Assembly (NCBI GenBank): GCA_002104905.1
Contig: MCFE01000533.1
Location: 1-61,650 of the forward strand
Direction: 5' to 3'
Origin: Basidiobolus meristosporus CBS 931.73
Taxonomy: Eukaryota > Fungi > Basidiobolomycota
DNA: 61,650 nucleotides
Shown here: positions 57,619 to 61,650 of the stretch, piece after piece
Numbering within the stretch: the first letter of the stretch is position 1
How the letters are laid out: the number at the start of each line of letters is the position of its first letter
The notes under the pieces: generated by a model
The model's database searches: none
What the model was told of the DNA's origin: nothing
Seen by the model: only the letters and a program-made list of their open reading frames with translations
Program-made: the position numbers and the translations under genes

Positions 57619-60600
57619 TAGGGTTAGGGGGGAGACAGTCACCAACAGGTGAAATCTTTATTTCAGTTGAAACAAAGAAGCCAGCGCTACTGTTGTAGCT
57701 TTGATACAAGTGTGTGTAGCTGAGGGGAATTTGTAGGTAAGTTAATAAGAAGTGATGATAGTTCTTCAGTGCTCAAGACACTGTTCAGTGGGAAGGGGGG
57801 TAGCAAGAGAGGTAAGAATGACTTGTGAACAACATTAATGAGGGGAATGTGATAAGGATTGATATTCATCATAAAGGGAGTGTGCTGCTGCAGATATTGC
57901 TGCCAAAGGTCTGTCAAGTACTTCAGGTAGGCCAGCTTGGGTTTTTCTGACTGCAGAATATAGTGAGCAAACTTCTTGACTTCAGGATCTCCAAGTATAG
58001 TTCTCCAGCAGGAGTCAGGTGTAGTGTGGTGTGTTCTCTTCCAGGCCTTAATCAGTGGGTTGTTGCAGTTGTGAAGTCTGAGGTATAATCTGGTTCTAAG
58101 GTAGAGAAGTCTGATCTTATAGGGCATAAGCCCAAAAGCACCAAGAATAGCATGTCTGTAGGGGCATTCAGGCAAATGAGGCACCAAGGAGGTAATGCAC
58201 CATACTGCAAACTTGTCAAGCTTAGTGCAGTCTCTAGAAGTAAGAGAGAGAAGTGGTAAGCCAAATTCCAGGACAGGGAAGACAAACTGCTTGAGTAGAA
58301 GGAGGCAGCTGGGAGCTGAAGTTGTAGGAGGAGTAACAGCCAGTAGCTTGTGGAGTGCCTGTCTTGCTAGGATAATTCTCTTCTTCAGGTGTGCTCCAGA
58401 GTCTAGTCCAGTAGGAAGGAAAGGAAAGCCAAGATATGTAGCAGAAACCTGAGCAGGTAGAGTGGAGTTCTCCAAGTTGATGGGAGAGCCCAAAGGTACT
58501 GTCTTTGCAATGGAAAGCTGGAGATTATTCTTCTGCAGATACTGGTGGATGGTCTGAGAGTCTTGTTGCACATTGGAGGAGGATATTCTGATGTCATCAG
58601 CAAAGAGAGTAACCAGGCAGTCAGCTGAGAGTCTTGGGAAATCATTCAGGAAGATGGCAAACAGTATAGGACCAAGCACAGAGCCTTGAACCACTCCATT
58701 AGGAACTGAGAACACAGCTGATTGCTCACTTGGGTGCAGAATTCTTGCTTGTGGATCCAGAAACAGAGACCTGACAAGGAGGGTGAGAGAGGTACTGGAG
58801 AAGCATTGCAACTTGGACCAAAGCAGATTTCTGTCAACTGAATCAAAGGCCTTAGTAATATCAAACAGAACAGAGGGATACTTGCACTGGAGAGAGTGAT
58901 CTTGGCTAAGTATGACTGCATATTCCAAGGAGAGGCCAGGAACAAAGCCAAACTGTGCAGGATGAAACTTGAGGGAGTCAGAGTAGAGCTCCTGAGCAAG
59001 CAGAAGCTCAAACACCTTTCTGCAGGTGGGCAGCAGAGATATTGGCCTGTAGGAGCTAGGATCCAGGTGCTTTCCTTTACCCTTGTACAGTGGCAGAACA
59101 TTTGCAAAGGACCATTCCTCAGGAGTAGAAAGCTGGGCTGAGCATTGCTGAAACAGTGGAAGCAGAAGTGCAGACATGGCCTTGGTACTAGTCTTCAGAA
59201 GCTCATAGGAGATTGTGTCCACACCTGGAGCAGTAGAGTTGGGAAGCCTCTTGAGCACATTATGGATTCTCCTTTGATCAAGTGCAAGTGGGATGGGCAG
59301 AGTCTTGAAGTCAGGATGAAAGCCAGGAGTTGAGTACTGCTTTGTAGAGAAGAAGATGTTAGCCAGCTGTTCTGTTGAAGGTAACTTCCTGGAAGAGGGC
59401 CTCATTGCCCTGTAGAGTCTTAACACTGTTCTTGTTATAGAGTTGGAAGATTGCAGAGGCAAAGAACTCATAATATGATCCCAGAGCTGAGTATGCAGAG
59501 TGTGGTGAATTGCCTTGGAGTGGTGTATTGCTGTCAGGAGGAGTTTCTCTGTTTTTGGGTTAGGGAAACTCAGGTAGCTTTGTTGCAGGGCTGAAACAAT
59601 GGATTCCCATTTTCTTGAGGTAACAGCAGTAGTCTTGCATGGCAGTGAGAGGGAGGCAGACACTAGAATCAGATGCTTTACAAGGAGCCAGGCATAGTTG
59701 AGATCATCTGGCAGAGAAAGTAGCAAACTGGCAAGCTTCAAGTAGTTCCCAAAGTCTTTCTTCTGATTCTTGGTAGCTTTGTGGGTGAGCACAGTAAGTT
59801 TTGGCAGCTTCTTCTTCACAACTGGTTGCATAGAAAGGGACCAGGCTGGGTGGTCAGAGGCTCTCAAGGATCCTAGCTCAGCTCCAGAGAATTGCTTAAC
59901 TTCATTCACAAAGTAGAGGGCAGCAGCAGAAGGGCAGATCCAGTCAACACATCTTTTCTCAGATTGAGCACCTAGTGCTAGCAGGTGGCTTTCTCTCAGG
60001 AAGTTCAGTAGGAATGTAGACCTTGGCTTCATTCTTGCAGTCAGAGTAGTCTTGTTCTCAGGATGGGGAATGTTGAGATCTCCAAGCAAGATAACAGGTG
60101 TTGATATAGATTGTTGGTATTGCTGAACCTTCTGGCATATAACTTGAACTTCCTGAAGGGCAAGACTTGGAGGCAGATAGCAGAGCACCAGACTGATAGT
60201 TGGCAACTGAAGAGCAGCACAGTAAGGGGAGTAAAGAGGAACACAGAGCTGAGGAGTATTGATGGTAGAAGAGATGAAGCAGATAGAGGAGGTATTCTTT
60301 GTTCTAGGAGTAGAAAAGCAATATAGATTAGTCAAAAGTATAGAGGGTAGCTGAACATCAATCAAACACAGGAGGGAAAATCTTGAAAGAAGTCTCTCTA
60401 GAGTTGGTCTTGATGGCTGTATGCTGTTGCAGTTAAGCAACAGAACTTCAGGTAGTCAGGCAGAGGTTGTAGCTTCTTCAGAGGCAGCATTGACAATGTG
60501 ACCTGCTGAGTCCCAGAGCTCTTCAAATGGTGCATCACTTAAGTCAGCAAGGAGGGAAATGGCATGATTCTTGAGGAAGTATGCCACATCATAGGAGGGG

Positions 60601-60971
60601 GCTTGTCTCTTGATGGCAGCAAAGAAAGACAGAATGGCAACATGGGCTGGAGGCTTGTTGAACAGTAGAGAGTCAGAGGATTCAGATTCTTCAGGCACTA
60701 TCTTGAAGTCAGTTTTCAGCCAGTTAAGGTTCTTCTCCACAAAGGCAACAAATGGGTCAGCAATGTTTTGGTCTAGGATAACCTCCAGAATCTTCCCTTT
60801 TCTCCAGGCCAGGTTGACAATTCTTGAGAGCTGAATATTGCATGCCTTGAGTGCTTTCCTGATGTTGGAAATGGGAGTCCAGGGAACTTGCTTCAAGTAC
60901 ACCACAGTCCAGGTAGAAGCTGGTGGTAGGTTTGCTGGGGGCTTGTAAGTCCTTCTGTGTTGCAATGGAGC
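57619..60971 (-). mobile_element. Telomere-associated LINE, copy C: 5'-truncated ORF1 (60456-60965) plus intact APE-RT ORF2 (57687-60455)
   Basis: LLLNCNS, CYLPP, LGDLNIPH, CVDWI, SDH; YRPISLLPT, LFDITKAFDSVDR, GVVQGSVLGPILF, LFADDI. Shared 3' motif at 57639-57683. Confidence 0.92.
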
Positions 60972-61498
60972 TTAGGGGGGGGGGAGGAAAGTCACCAAGT
61001 GGTGAAATCTTTATTTACTTATGACAAGTATCTAAAGAAGCCAAGTTAATCTGAAGTTATTCCTAGAAAGCTAGGTCTGAGAGATATCTTCCTGGTAAGC
61101 CAGGTCTGAGAGTTGAGAAGCTGAGTAGTACTATATTTCCTAGTTAGCTAGGTCTGAGAGTGGTTTCCTGGAAAGCCAGGCCTGAGAAGTGAGAATCTGA
61201 ATATATCTGAGCTAAGTTATACTGGTTTGCGGTAGCTGGATTGTGGCCGGAAAGGCCAGTAGACTGGGGGAACTGAGATGAATTTCTGGGCAATCACTGG
61301 CCAAATTTACTAGGCAAATCTGGCCATTAGCATTTCAAGGATTTCAGCCAATCAGAGCCTTTACTTTGCCCGATGGTTGATCAAGCCATCTCCCAATGAG
61401 CACACATCAATTTATTAATCAAATTTTGCTGGATCCAGGATTTGAACCCACAACCATGGGTATGGAAGGGTTAGGGATAACCACAAGGCTAAGTGTTC
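60972..61498 (-). mobile_element. Putative tRNA-derived SINE D, directly capped by the telomere
   Basis: Minus-strand A box TAGCCTTGTGG (61491-61481) and B box GGTTCAAATCC (61448-61438) at tRNA-like spacing. No long ORF. Carries the LINE-shared 3' motif at 60992-61043. Confidence 0.7.
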
Positions 61499-61650
61499 TT
61501 AGGGTTAGGGTTAGGGTTAGGGTTAGGGTTAGGGTTAGGGTTAGGGTTAGGGTTAGGGTTAGGGTTAGGGTTAGGGTTAGGGTTAGGGTTAGGGTTAGGG
61601 TTAGGGTTAGGGTTAGGGTTAGGGTTAGGGTTAGGGTTAGGGTTAGGGTT
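61499..61650 (+). repeat. Telomere (TTAGGG)n, about 25 units to the end of the window
   Basis: Perfect TTAGGG array with the G-rich strand running towards the end. Confidence 0.99.

Noticed and set aside
59557-59565. GGGTTAGGG inside both ORF2s (also 51610-51618) as internal telomere seeds
   Set aside because: Explained by conserved Pro-Asn-Pro codons (FPNPKT). There is no independent evidence for a DNA-level role.
49626-60971. Penelope-like (Athena/Coprina) or REL-type (MoTeR/Cnl1) identity for the telomeric elements
   Set aside because: ORF2 has an N-terminal APE-type domain and a LINE-like RT, with no GIY-YIG or C-terminal CCHC/PD-(D/E)xK motifs visible.
61425-61498. Functional tRNA gene
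   Set aside because: A and B boxes are present, but the acceptor and anticodon stems do not pair. Treated as a SINE head.

Overview
Right-hand end of a chromosome from an intron-rich fungus. Short GT-AG introns of about 45-70 nt, a Zn2Cys6 factor, a 7TM-RGS protein and TTAGGG telomeres suggest an early-diverging lineage, but the taxon is my inference. Positions 1-49 kb are mostly genes: RPS7, LSM12, an intron-containing bacterial-type acetolactate decarboxylase, 7TM-RGS, RabGGTase beta inside a ~1.05 kb inverted duplication carrying twin secreted-peptide genes, M50B peptidase, ERD2, subtilase, MIX23, two tandem pyruvate kinases with a nearly identical core, a TBC Rab-GAP, an ankyrin protein, an amino-acid transporter, three enigmatic CCTCTTATAGTA motif arrays, maltose O-acetyltransferase copies, a Zn2Cys6 TF and a DUF3533 protein. 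Positions 49.4-61.65 kb are a stack of retroelements, all on the minus strand with 5' ends towards the telomere and mostly joined by short TTAGGG-like linkers, ending in (TTAGGG)25. The most notable result is an apparent telomere-targeted retroelement system with three element types: two APE+RT LINEs, an ORF1-only element and a tRNA-headed SINE-like element. All four copies end in the same covarying double stem-loop followed by a telomere-like tail. In both LINEs, ORF2 has no AUG and follows ORF1 in frame after TCT GCC TGA CTA C, suggesting stop-codon readthrough. All calls were made by eye, without database searches.
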